From the human T2T-CHM13v2.0 reference genome, Homo sapiens, in the NCBI RefSeq assembly GCF_009914755.1, contig NC_060928.1: DNA of 64,000 nucleotides. One strand, written 5' to 3'. A program made the translations under genes and the position numbers. Position 1 is the first letter of the stretch. Each line of letters starts with the position of its first letter. Shown here piece by piece: positions 42,193-55,325 of this stretch. Below the pieces are notes generated by a model. The model had not been told where the DNA came from and did no database searches. It saw only the letters and a list, made by a program, of their open reading frames with translations.

Positions 42193-45100
42193 AGAGAAAC
42201 AGTGAAGTGTGTCATACTTAAATGAAAAAAATCTTCATTTCCCTCCAAATTTATTTTAAAATCTTGCCAAAGTGTAGTATATGTAATAAATTGAACGATG
42301 AATAGTACTGGATTTTAATCACACTTTACTAATTCTTAATCAAAATATATGCTAGATGAATACTGTTCAATTTGTAATTACTTTGCATAGGCTTTTAAAT
42401 AGTACTAAATTACTCTAGGTATGAAAAGTCTTTGAAATGAATATTCCACCTATAGAAATATATCCTTTGGAAATAATTAACCACATGTATAATTATTTCA
42501 CTTCAAGAATGTTCACTAATAATGTTTCTGATAATAAAAATTTAAGATAATCAAAATGCCCAACATTAAGTATTAGTTTAGATAATTTCACATTATTTAA
42601 AGATTCAATATTCTCCCCTTTTAAAAAAGCTGTGAACGTACCTATTGAAATGAAAATGCTTATAATATGGAGTTTAATGACTAAAACAGTTTTAAATGAG
42701 CATGTACCGTGTGATCATTTTTCTTAAAGATATGCATGGAAAGTTATCTATTAATAGTAATGGTTGTCTCTGGGCAGTGTGAGCATATGATTATGGTGTG
42801 TCTCCTTTTATTCATCTATACTTACAAGTCTTTCCTATAATGAGCATCTATTGATTTGGTAACATGTAAGATATTTTTAATTTTAAAAAATAACCAAATC
42901 GCATTTTAATGTTAACAGCAAGCAGCACAAAGTACTATGTTGCTCCCTGAATATTTCACCAGAAGGGTTAACTTACATTACCCTGGAAGGAAGACAATAA
43001 GAAATGGTGAGCCTGATGGAATAGAGAGAGAGGCTGAGGAGTAGTTCTACCTGCCTGTTTTTCCATGGTGACAGTGGAATATTAATCACAGATGGATGAG
43101 ACTTAACATTGCTCAGACTATCATTAGCTGTTTTCATCAATCACTGTCCAGTTATTGCTAATCCTCTACCATTCTCATCCTGTGGGGGGTGGAAAATGAC
43201 AGACTGCGTGTATCAAGCAAGGTTCCCAGGTACAAGCAACAAGAAAAAAAAAATGAAGTTGGCTATGTTAAGATAAATGAATCAACTGGAAGTATGTAGA
43301 GGGCTCAGAAAACAAAGGTGATGTAGGGGAACCTGCTTAAACAACCAGTAAGAACAAAAGAAGTTCTAGAAGCCAAGTTGCAACAAATTCCTAGATGGAA
43401 TGCCAATACCCAGGACCACTCTTAGGCCCAGGCAAGAAGGGCCATTGCCCCAGCTCTGGGTTTTAAAGAAACTCTGGCCCTGTGGCCTTGTCCCTAAGGC
43501 AAGAGTCTATGAAGTTGAGGATGCATGTTACCCAGATCCCAAGCCCTGCCTTGAGACCATGTTGGGACACGTATGACCCCAGGATTGTTTGCACAAGTAG
43601 TCCTTAACTCACTCAAAGCCTATGCAGTCCTCTTCACAGGCTCCACCCACTCGAACAGAAACTGCATACAGGTGGACCTAGGAGTAGCCAACATGCAGCT
43701 TTCTGTTGGGGGTTATGGATGAAGCTTAGATCTATAGGTCAGGCTGTCCACTTGTGTAGGCACAAATTTCTTACAGAGCAAAACACAGCCAAGAGCAAGA
43801 ATCTAGGGGAAAAGGGCTCGCATACTAAGACCAAACACTGGAGGCCAGTATTCCCAAGCTTCCAGAATCCAGCATGCAAGCCCCAGGGAGCTAAGAATTC
43901 TAAACTCAAACATGGCCACCTGGGTTTTTATGAAGGCACATTTTTCCAGGGAGTAGAATAGATATACATATTATGTATATGATTAAGCAGTTTTTAAGAT
44001 TAACCTACAACTTTTAAATATTTAGTTTTATGGCATGTGGACTTCCATGTATACAGTTGGGTCTTGCAAATGTCATCATTGCCAGACAAACCTAGCAAAG
44101 TCTAAGTATATGCTGGTCACTCCTTTATCTTTGCATTTCTTTTCCCTCAAGATACAAAGACCCAGAAAACAAATATATTCATCCCAGGTCATAAGTCACA
44201 CCCTTGCTGCCAGGTCTTGAGAGAGGGGGATATGGCCTTTGGCAGCCTCTCCAGTGGGAGGCAGGGCCCTATTGACCCACAGGAACACACATAATGGCGA
44301 TGACCTGCTCTTCTTCTATTAATAAGGAGAGAGAAGTGCATGCTGGACAGCCAAACAAGGCAAAACCCAAAGAAATATGCATTGTATTGGGAGGAAGAAG
44401 GCCATCCTTACTCAACTAGCTATATGAGGTCAATGACATTAAGCCTCTTTTTCTCCCTTATAAAATAACCATAAAAATCCCTACTTCATTGGATTGTTAA
44501 CACCATTAAAAAGATAATATGTGTGAAAAAATGCTCTGCAAACTGCAAAGTGCTATACAAATTAGCATATTAGTGTTATACTCTTGGGAGAGCTCTGGCA
44601 GTTGCTAATCAAGAATTAAGAGAAATATGCTAATTAGAGGAGACACCTGACAATGATGAAGATAGGTGGCAGGTAAGACCCCACCTGCTTCAATGCAGCC
44701 CTATTCAAATCTTTACATTTTGTATGCTGCTACTCAGCCCCACATTACAATAAATATCTCCCACATAATCTGCACAATTTCCCTACAATAAATTGTCAAG
44801 CTTCATCTGGTCATCCCTATAAACTCAATATACTCTAAGCAGGTTGTTAAGTACATTCAAGGATTTCACAATGAACAGCTGAGATCCAGTTATCATTAAA
44901 ATGAAGTGCTGACACTGGAATAAAGCCACAAGAAAGTGTTTACTGCTACTGCTGCTCTGGAATTATAATCATTTCTTTGCTTGGCCTTTAGAGGACTGAA
45001 TCATCTGATGCATATCTATCTTGTTTAGTAATAAGATTTGAAACCTAATGTTGAAATGTCCATATCTATGTTTATTAGAACTAGAAACCAGGTCCACATT

Positions 45101-45277
45101 AAGCTCACAAAACCATAGCTTCTTTATTAATTGCCTACATTTATTATCTATGCTGGCTGCACACAATTTTATGAAGTGATAACTATTTTCCAGTTTAACA
45201 GAGTATGAGCTGCAAAGTGGAGAGTTTGGGAAGAAGCTTGACATTTAGTAGGAAGCAAAAGATAAGAGTGAAGTGTT

Positions 45278-46674
45278 CCTCTCCCCTCTCCCCACGGTCT
45301 CCCTCTCCCTCTCTTTCCACGGTCTCCCTCTGATGCCGAGCCGAAGCTGGACTGTACTGCTGCCATCTTGGCTCACTGCAACCTCCCTGCCTGATTCTCC
45401 TGCCTCAGCCTGCCGAGTGCCTGCGATTGCAGGCGCGCGCCGCCACGCCTGACTGGTTTTCGTATTTTTTTGGTGGAGACGGGGTTTCGCTGTGTTGGCC
45501 GGGCTGGTCTCCAGCTCCTAACCGCGAGTGATCTGCCAGCCTCGGCCTCCCGAGGTGCCGGGATTGCAGACGGAGTCTCGTTCACTCAGTGCTCAATGGT
45601 GCCCAGGCTGGAGTGCAGTGGCGTGATCTCGGCTCGACACAACCTCCACCTCCCAGCCACCTGCCTTGGCCTCCCAAAGTGCCGAGAGTGCAGCCTCTGC
45701 CCGGCCGCCACCCCGTCTGGGAAGTGAGGAGCGTCTCTGCCTGGCCGCCCATCGTCCGAGATGTGGGGAGCGCCTCTGCCTGGCTGCCCAGTCTGGGAAG
45801 TGAAGAGCGCCTCTTCCAGGCTGCCATCCCGTCTAGGAAGTGAGGAGTGTCTCTGCCCGGCCACCCATCGTCTGAGATGTGGGGAGCACCTCTGCCCCGC
45901 CGCCCTGTCTGAGAAGTGAGGAGCGTCTCCGCCCGGCAGCCGCCCCGTCTGGGAAGTGAGGAGCTCCTCCGCCCGGCAGCCGCCCCATCTGGGAAGTGAG
46001 GAGCGTCTCCGCCCGGCAGCCACCCCGTCCGGGAGGGAGGTGGGGGTCAGCCCCCGCCCGGCCAGCCGCCCCGTCCGGGAGGTGGGGGGCGCCTCTGCCC
46101 AGCCGCCCCTTCTGGGAAGTGAGGAGCCCCTCTGCCCGGCCACCACCCCGTCTGGGAGGTGTACCCAACAGCTCATTGAGAACAGGCCATGATGACAATG
46201 GCGGTTTTGTGGAATAGAAAAGGGGGAAAGGTGGGGAAAAGATTGAGAAATCGGATGGTTGCTGTGTCTGTGTAGAAAGAAGTAGACATGGGAGACTTTT
46301 CTTTTTGTTCTGTACTAAGAAAAATTCTTCTGCCTTGGGATCCTGTTGATCTATGACCTTACCCCCAACCCCTTGCTCTCTGAAACATGTGCTGTGTCCA
46401 CTCAGGGTTGAATGGATTAAGGGTGGTGCAAGATGTGCTTTGTTAAACAGATGCTTGAAGGCAGCATGCTCGTTAAGAGTCATCACCACTCCCTAATCTC
46501 AAGTACCCAGGGACACAAACACTGCGGAAGGCCGCAGGGTCCTCTGCCTAGGAAAACCAGAGACCTTTGTTCACTTGTTTACCTGCTGACCTTCCCTCCA
46601 CTATTGTCCTATGACCCTGCCAAATCCCCCTCTGCGAGAAACACCCAAGAATGATCAATTAAAAAAAAAAAAAA
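45278..46674 (+). mobile_element. SVA (SVA_D/C-like), near full length with a short hexamer and short VNTR
   Basis: CCCTCT remnants, Alu-like domain (gatgccgagccgaagctggactgtactg), GC-rich VNTR ~45690-46160, SINE-R ending acacccaagaatgatcaatt(A)14. Confidence 0.97.
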
Positions 46675-46683
46675 GAATTTGAC

Positions 46684-46714
<31 letters not shown>

Positions 46715-47533
46715 GGAGATTTACTAATGTGGAAGATTAATATGGAAGATTCCTGCTATATGTTCTTTTTTTTTTTTTGAGACAGGGTATCTCTATGTCA
46801 CCCAGGTTGGAGTGCCTGGGTGCAATCATAGCTCACTGGCTCACTGCAGCCTCTACCTCCTGGGCTCAAGTGATCCCCACTGCCTCAGCCTCTCAAGTAT
46901 CTGGGACCATAGGCATGTGCCACCATGCCAGGCTAATTTTTAAATTTTTTTGTAAAGATAGAATCTTGCCATGTTGCCCAGGCTGGTCCTGAACTTTTGG
47001 GCTCAAGCAATCCTCCCACCTCGGCCTCCAAAAGTGCTAGAATTACAGGCATGAGCCATCATGCCTGGCCATGTTCTCTATTAAATAAAAGCCTTCCATC
47101 TCTTTCTTCATTTCAGCCAGTTAAATTGAGATCTAAAGGCTTGAATTTACTATTTAATGCTACCTAATGACATTTCAGAGACTGGCTATAAAAAAGCAAG
47201 TGTTGAAAATTAACAAAAACGTCTCTACAAAGGAAATGAAAATGTTCCCTCTTCCTTGAACCAACAGAGAGAGAAATATCCTTTCACTTTATAAAATGAA
47301 TTCCAAGACTCTGATTTGATGCAGCGTTAAATTGAAAACATTTAGGAAAATATCAATCTTGTTTTCTCCATTTCCATTTGTGCAAAATGGAGACTTGCTG
47401 ACTATTCATAATTATCAACTTACTCTGTACTGTTTTCTATTAATGTGAATTCATTGGAAGTATACTTTGAAAAGGAGGTCATGTAAAACTCTTGTCCTGG
47501 GAAAATTACTTTCAAAATTAAAAAAAAAAAAAA
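46675..47533 (+). mobile_element. SVA 3' transduction (two segments, each followed by poly(A))
   Basis: TSD aagagtgaagtgtt at 45264-45277 recurs at 47534-47547 after a third A-tract, not after the SVA's own tail. Confidence 0.9.
46766..47070 (-). mobile_element. AluJ carried inside the SVA transduction
   Basis: gcaatcatagctcac, gggctcaagtgatccc J diagnostics; its own short TSD atgttct. Confidence 0.9.
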
Positions 47534-48672
47534 AAGAGTGAAGTGTTTTGATTTAGGAGAAGATGTACATCCAAAGAGACTTCTGTCTTAGGAAACATGA
47601 GAATTTTGCTGTAAAGCTCAACCTAGATGCAAAGGAGACTAAAGACAAGCATCCCAGACAATTATAGACCAAGCATTGGGAAAGGAATAAGTTGGGACTG
47701 ACTCATAAGACACTTAGATGAAGCTAGGACAATGGACATTACGTTAGCTAACCCTGAATTTGTGCTGGAAAGATTTGACAAAACCTAAACCTTATCTATT
47801 TCTTATAAGTGCAGAGAACAAATAGTTCAAAACACAGTATCTATAGATAACTCTGTAAAACAAAACAAATTTGTTGTTTGGTTAATTCTCCTCAAGACAT
47901 AGGTTGCAACTGATATTAAATTTCTTCTCATAGACTATCGATTTACAGCAATGGATTGGTCAAGGAAGGATAAAGAAACTTGGAAAGAACTATCATGATA
48001 CCTGCCCTGAGAAGCCAAAATTTGGTTTAACTTTGTGTTGTTTACTGTTTGGTTCTATAAAAGCTAAGTTTATAAAATATTGTATGACAGGTGAATTTAA
48101 ATGTTACTAACCATCTTGGATGTCCTGCTCTTCTGCTGTACAGCAATAAAGTCTCTCTAAATGCAATGTTTGGGACAGAGTTGCTCTGGGAAATATAGTG
48201 GTTTGAAAGGTGGCTATTGTACCCAAGATGAATATGTTATTATCTCATTGGACATAGCATCAAATGTTATTTATGAAAATGCTTATCACTGCCACAGGCT
48301 TCTGGTCTATACCCATGAAGACATCGCTCAAGCATAGCACCTCAACAGAGTGAAAAGTGCAACCCAATGCTATAGTAAAGGCATCACCTAAAACTTCCTT
48401 GCCTCAGACACCTGAATGGCAGTGTCTTCACTCAGGTCCCCACTCAAATGTCACCCCATCAGCAATGTCTTCACCAATAGCACTGTATAAAATGGCAAGT
48501 CCACTCTCCAAACAAGTACTTCTTCTCCTTTCTCCACATTATTTATCTCCACCCCACTATGGCCATCTAATGAAGTCTGCATGTATTTGATTCTACATTA
48601 GTTTTCCCTCTCTCCCTATATTTTTGCATGTCCAGCTCCATGGACCCAAAAGTACAGTCTGAGCAAGATGTT

Positions 48673-49289
48673 TGAAACCACCTTTGCAAAAATTATGACA
48701 TTGAAAGTAATCGGACATAGCTGAATCCATCTTGCTTCTAACCTCACATGCTGCCCTTGTTCACTTCTAGGCATAGGCCAAGCTAACTATGGGAGGAATT
48801 TGGTTTATAGTTTAACTTTAAACAAAGACAACCGTCCTTTCCTGAAACTAACTCCCTTCCCAATGGCTCCTATAGATACTACTATTGTAAAACCTAACAT
48901 TGGTGTTTGAGCTATTTTTTTGACCCTACATTCTGATGGATCAGCTGGCACCACCTGGCCTGATAACCCATACCAAGAAACTGGTTTATCTGGTCTTGTG
49001 ACCCTCACCCAGGAACTGACTCAGCATAAGAAGACAGCTTCCAACTCCAATGATTTCATCCCTGACCCAACCAATCAGCATCCCCATTCCCTACGCCTCT
49101 GCCCACCAAACTACCCTTGAAAAAACCTAGCCTCTGAATTCTTGGGAGGGCAGATTTGAGAATTATCTCCCATCCTTCTGCTTCGTTGGCCCTGTGATTA
49201 TCAAACTCTTCCTTTGCTGCAAAACCTGCTGTTCTCAGTGAATTGGCTTTTCTGGGCAGTGGGCAAGAAGAAGTAGTCAGGCTGTTACA
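48673..49289 (+). mobile_element. LTR8-family solo LTR (ERV1)
   Basis: tgaaaccacctttgcaaaaattatgac start, ccatcttgcttctaacctc, cccaggaactgactcagc, gggcaagaagaa...gttaca end. Confidence 0.85.
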
Positions 49290-50087
49290 CCTTCACAGCA
49301 CTCAGTGATGGTTCTTAGATGAAAGTAACAACTTATAAGCACGTGGATCTGGATGAGTCCAGCATGTCCCGAGATGTGTAGCATGTTTGCGCAGTAGAAC
49401 AAAGGCTTCAGGGATGTCTGGTTCACATGTGGCAGTCAAAAAAGTCACAATATTAAATTATAAACCTTCTTCCTTCCCCTTCCTTTTTTTCCTTTAGATT
49501 CTCAATAAGATTCTATTTTGAAATAAAATAGAACAAAGGCTGATGTGCTACTAACAAAACCTTTTGAAGGAAATTTCAAAACAAGAGCAAGTTAAGGCAT
49601 GCCAATTTATTATCATACTCTTGGATTAAATTCCCACTTTTTGCCTGTATTTTCACATCTGTAATTTGGAGGAGTAACTTCATGGGTTGTTAAAACAGCA
49701 ATTAATAACTGTGTGTTTTAAGTGTTAGTTTTAAATATTACTTTCTATGTAGCAAAAAGATTTCTGATAGTGCTATAATTCTCCAAAGAGTAGGGTCCTG
49801 AGTAAAACAGAATGTCACTGTTACTACTTGACGATTGTCTTCTGAAATAACATATTCAAACCCATGTACTTTACTTACTATGAAGCATTTTATGGCTTTG
49901 ACGAAACCATTTCAACCCCATTCTTTCCCATGTTTTAAGGGTTTTTTTAGGTAGCTCAAACTCAGCACATCCACGAAATATCTCATCATCTTTCCCCCCA
50001 CACTCTGTGTCTATACCTGAATTCTCTTTGATGAATAGCAAAATTTCCTTCAAGTTACTCTTACCAATAACTTTGGAAATATAGATT

Positions 50088-50512
50088 TGTGAAAGGAAAA
50101 GAAAATCTCAGGACCCCAAACTCTCTGTCAAAGGGAAAGCAAGTCACACAAAAAAACTGCCTTCCTCTTGTTCCCAAGCAGACAACTGTAATTTCACATG
50201 TGAAATGTAGATTTGCCAAGCCAGGAAAAGACATACTTGACCTTTTCCACCACTCCTCTCTTTTCACATGTCAAACAAAGATTTTTGTGAGTGCTAATCA
50301 AAGCCTCGCAAGAATGTAATGACCACACTGCCTAAGTTCTACCTCCCCCCCACTTTTTTTTCTTTCCTCCTTCCCCTCCTGCCTGCTCTTTCCCCCTGTA
50401 GTATTGAAGTTCTCAAAACCTTCTTTGGAAAAAGCACAGTCCACATTCCAGGCACATCCTCAACTGTGGCAATATACACCTCTAAATCTGTGGCAGACAC
50501 TTTTGGTTTACA
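50088..50512 (+). mobile_element. MER4-family solo LTR
   Basis: tgtgaaaggaaaagaaaatctcaggaccccaaa start and acacttttggtttaca end. Confidence 0.8.
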
Positions 50513-50529
50513 GCATGATGCATCCTGAT

Positions 50530-51420
50530 GGATGCATTCTGAAGTCAGATTGAGCTGCATCTAAACTCTGCTTTACCAACACCTGTGCAATCTCAGCCAA
50601 GAGCTCGAAACTCTCAGAGCCTCCAGTTCCTTCGTCATTGAAGTGAGTACAGAGTACCCACTCATAGGTTCCTTGTGAAGAGTAAATGAGATAATGTTCA
50701 CAAAATACTTAGCATGCTACTGGCTTATAATATCCATTCAATTAAAATTGATGATGATGATTCAGGCTTTAATCATTTCTTGCACTGATGGCTTTCTTGT
50801 CAGTTTTTCTTTCAGGAACATGCAATTCTTCCTACTCTGGTTTTGTTTCTCCGCATGTCTACAGAGCTGCCAGAGGGTTACATTTAAAGTACATGACTGT
50901 TCATGCCAATCTCCTACTGTCCTTCAATGGCTCCCCAAGGCTTTCTTTCTAAAGTAAAAACTCCTTTCATTAGCACGCAAGTCCCTTCACGGATTGAGTA
51001 CCCTCTGTTCCTCTAACCTCATCTCTAACGCTCTCAAGACTTGCCATTTCTGCAACAGACAGATCCAACTGCTTTGAGCACTTCCAATGAGTCATGCAGA
51101 TCATGTGTCTGTACATCCCACCCAGATATACGAGGCACTAGCCACTGTTCCAATTTATCAAGCAAATGCTTACTCACACTTTAGGGAAACTTCTTTAATA
51201 ATTTAGAATCACCTGTATCTTTTCTCCCCCAGCATATACATACTCCCCCAGTGTATGTATATTTGTTGCAAAGCTTATTACATTTTGGTGTGGATGTGAT
51301 TTACTTGTTTATTTCTTTCCAAGTAATCAAACCAATTCATCTTTCCATCTCACAATGTTAGACACCGTGCTTGGCACATACAGATATATAATGGATATAT
51401 ATTAACTAAGCAGATACATA
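50530..51420 (+). mobile_element. MIR followed by L2 3' remnant
   Basis: ctctcagagcctccagttcc..gtaaatgagataatgt; ccttcaatggctcccc..gtgcttggcacata. Confidence 0.6.
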
Positions 51421-51542
51421 TGTTAAAATGAGATCTGAGTCATGAAGATAATGAGCTTCTCTTTCCCAGCTCACTGCAGTACTCTTCTTACTGTGCCTGA
51501 CTCTGATGGGCTCCATTTTAGAATTTTAAGGTTGTGAGGTTG

Positions 51543-52055
51543 TGTTACCAGAAAGGGGTCATGATCCAGACCCCACAAGAGGGTCCTTGGATCTCTCCCA
51601 CGAAAGAATCAGGGTGAGTCCCCAGTGCAAAGTAAAAGCAAGTTTATTAAGAAAGTAGTGAAAGTACAGCTACTCCATAGACTGAGTAGGGCGTTTCCAA
51701 AAGTAAGAGGAGGAACATGTCCACCCTAGGTACAATGCTTGTATACACGGGGAGATGTGCTCTGCCACAAGGGTTTGTGATAAAGGATTAATTTTCTTAA
51801 TTACTGTATTTTGCAAGAATCAATATTATTATCTTTAAAGCAAAATTAGGAGTGCCTTTGTTCTCCAGATATCGGGATATCTGGACACCCCCAGGTCAGG
51901 TTTGTTTAATCAACATTATTAATCTGTTCCCTTAACTGTAAACATCTAGAGGCGAGAAATGTGTGACTTTCTGGGAATGCGGCCCGGCAAGTCCCAGCAT
52001 CATTTTCCTGCCCCTCACTCAAGATGGAGTCATTCTGGTTTCAACACCTCTGACA
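51543..52055 (-). mobile_element. MER41-family solo LTR (C/D/E-like)
   Basis: Minus strand begins tgtcagaggtgttgaaaccagaatgactccatcttgag and ends cccctttctggtaaca; 4-bp TSD gttg. Confidence 0.88.
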
Positions 52056-53774
52056 GTTGACAGGGCATTATAGGTAAAGTAGTAGATCTCTCATCAGAAA
52101 CAAGAATCCCCACTACAACCAGGCCCCAACTCACCTTATTTCAGAAATGAGTGAAAAAGAAAACATCTTCAAAGAGGTTATCTGTGCTCCTGTCCCTTAC
52201 GAGCAAGATAAAATCCACTGTACTTCACTTAGTACTATAATGTTAAGTGTCTGCTTCAAGGTGAAAGATTTAACTGCTATTTTTTACACGTGGCACTGAT
52301 AAAACTCAAAATGGGACACAAGGCAGAATAGCATGACAATGACATCAGATTTAGGGAGGCCCAAGTACGTCTGTCTTTACAGGATTATTTCTTAGAAGTT
52401 AACTGGGCTCAGAGAGAGTATATTCAAGGTCTTTTTTTTCCTTTTCTTTTTAATTAGTGTGGGTCAGAGGAATTTTGGGAGTGGATCAATAGATTGCCAA
52501 CCTCCCACTACATCAATGTACCTTCCAAGGGAAAATAGACAATTTAGTTAAGCTCTGCATTTCCTGAACAACTTCTGGATCAAGAGTTCATTATCTGCTA
52601 TATTTGCCAATATGTAAAGCCTTCAGGATAGTTGCCATAATTAAACAAACAAAACCTTGTATTTGCAGACATATGATTTGAGATTCAAAAGGATTTCTTC
52701 TTTTATTTTTGGTGTTAGCTTTGACCCTTATTCTGCTTGTCACTTTTTCTTTAGGGAGTGTGCAATTCTAAATGCTTCTCGCTTAGACAGTAGCTTTGAC
52801 ATCCAGTACAAGTGGACCCCTCACCTTTTACAAAACAGTTAAGCTACTTATCAGATTTCCTGGTTTCTCAAACCACTCTTTTCTATCAGGTGGAAAGGAC
52901 TATTCTCTTGGGAGATCGAGGGCCATGAGATATAATTAACTTTCCCCATCCCTTCCCTCTTAGGAAATGGCTTTTAAACAACTTCTATGCATCCCACCAT
53001 GGTTTATGACTACACTATATTAAACATGATGAAGCATTTTCAGAGAGGAGGGCCATCATTATGAAGTGAGTTTAAAAACAAATTCCCATGAGATCTGATA
53101 ATTATCTCATGGAGCAGAGATTATCTGCCTACTGTAAGAGGCTTTATTTTGTTCACTGCTGTGCTCATAATAATAGCTTGCAGTGTGATATAAAAAGGAG
53201 AGAGTGAAGCATACAATCTCAGGAGACCAGAGACACCACTTCAGTTCTATAAAGGAAATCAGACATAAGAAGACAAAAACAGTGCAAATAACAATCATAT
53301 TCTGAAAAAGAATTTGATCAACTCTCAGTCATCTTTCTTGGTTCACATTGACGCAGTTTAGCAGAAACATTTATTGTTCGTATTATTCCATGTCTCTGGC
53401 TTTCATTCCCACATGCAGTCTACAAATCAGGTGGAGATATTTAAACCAAAGTACTTCATTCCCTTCCCCAAATGAGGAAGTAGTGATGAGAAAAACCGCA
53501 GAGAAAGAGAGAGCAAGAGCGCGAGAGAAGGAGAGTAAAGATAAGAAGGCTAGCTTACTCTGACACTTGTCACCAGCAGGAGATGTGGTCTAGCCATTCC
53601 TCACAGAGCAGGAAACCAGGGGCTGTTGCATTCAGCTGTGAGCAGAAGACAGAGAGGGAGCCTGAAGGTGGGACTTCATTATATTATTTAAAGCAAATTT
53701 ACAAAATCTCCTATTCATGCGTAAGTTAAAGTACAGAATCACATTTCCAGGCCAAGTATAAATGCAATATTGTA

Positions 53775-53890
53775 CTTAGTACCAATTCAAATAAAGACGA
53801 ATGGATAATTGAGACCTGTGAGCAACACACTCCTTGGTACCAATTCAAATAAAGACAAATGGATAATTGAAACCCGTGAGCAACACACTC
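53775..53890 (+). repeat. 58-bp tandem duplication
   Basis: ctt(a/g)gtaccaattcaaataaagac(g/a)aatggataattga(g/a)acc(t/c)gtgagcaacacactc x2, 4 mismatches. Confidence 0.95.
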
Positions 53891-54079
53891 ACAGGTGTCA
53901 GGATTGGAGTACCACAGAAACTGATCATCGCTGCAGCCCTACGAGAGCATTTGGTTCCATCCTCTCACTCTGCAGATGAATATAAGCCAGAGAGATGAAT
54001 CACCACACTGAGACCCAGACTGGGTGGTCTTTCTCCAACGAGTTATGCAAAGATTATGTTTATGTTACATACAAGTAAG

Positions 54080-54081
<2 letters not shown>

Positions 54082-54113
<32 letters not shown>
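54082..54113. repeat. (TG)n microsatellite
   Basis: About 16 TG units. Confidence 0.95.
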
Positions 54114-54114
<1 letters not shown>

Positions 54115-55282
54115 TTTTTGGCCATTTTAAGAGTATAGTATTTCCAGGGGGCTGTTGTAAGTATTATGTGTCTCAAAACATCAAAAGAGTGTAGAATCCT
54201 AGTGGATGGAAATAATATAATAATATTTATTGCACGCCTGCTAGGTATGCAATGAGGTATGTTACCTATATTGTCACATTAATTCTCAAACAGCCCTATG
54301 AGAAACACCTCATCTTCCAGGTGAGGGGTGCTGACACTCTGAGCAGTTAAGTGCCTCTTGCTATGTTGACAAAGAAATGGAGAATGAGTTTAAACCTGGT
54401 CACTGGTGTCCCAAATCCCAGTCTTTCTGCCTCATTAGACTGCCTTCGGCACGTCCACTAGCATGGTCTCAGGAAATTCTGTTTGTGAAGTTCCTGCTTG
54501 TGTTTTAGCAAGCGAACGAGTCGTTGGAAATAAATAACTGTCCCGTGACTCCCACTCATGACTTTTCTTGACAACCTGATGGCAGCATTGCACAAGATGG
54601 AAAATGCTGTGCGATGTCTAAGGAGGGTGGAGCAGGCTCAGCTGCAACATGAAACATCCATCTTCCTTTAGCGTCTCCTCTGCACATCATTCACACTTAC
54701 AGTGCAGCCCAACTTTTCTCAAGAAAAGCCATCATGTCCCGTGAGGCTTTCTGGGCTCTGATCCTAAAAGGACAGTACATTTGGAAGCTGCCTTTGAAGC
54801 CTGTTCACACATGTCTGCTGCTGAAGTTAAGTTTCCAGTATGTGAGGACTCTCAGCATAGGGGTTGGATAAAGTAGTTGATGAGGATTCACGTGTAAATA
54901 ATGAAAGAAGCAAGTCGATCTTTGTTGCTGTTATTCTGAGGGAGAAAATAGATGGGCTGGCCTGCCACTCAGAGGCTGCAAGGAATAATTTATCAGGTGA
55001 TGTTATGTTTGAAACACAAAAATAAGAGTTAGGAAATTTGAAAGTTGGTCAGCATTAATTTTCTGCTAGCAAACAACTAGAGATGTTGTCAAAAATGCCA
55101 GCTAAGGCATTTAATGAGGGGGTGTACCATGAAAACAAGTAGCAGACACAAGCTCATTCATTATCTTTGTTCCTTACCTGTGAATACTGAACAATTTGTC
55201 TTTCTAAATCAGTTATGTTTATATTATGATCATTCAACACAGAAAGAATTATCCAATCTAAAATCACCTAATTTATCTAGAT

Positions 55283-55325
55283 CAGGGTTTGGCAAATATT
55301 TTCTGTAAAAACCCAGATAGTATTT
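55283..55325 (+). mobile_element. MER58A 5' terminus
   Basis: cagggtttggcaaatattttctgtaaaaacccagatagt matches the remembered MER58A start. Confidence 0.6.

Noticed and set aside
45373-46654. Long ORFs (196 aa, 218 aa and others)
   Set aside because: They lie in the SVA VNTR, Alu-like and SINE-R domains; GC-rich repeats are poor in stop codons.
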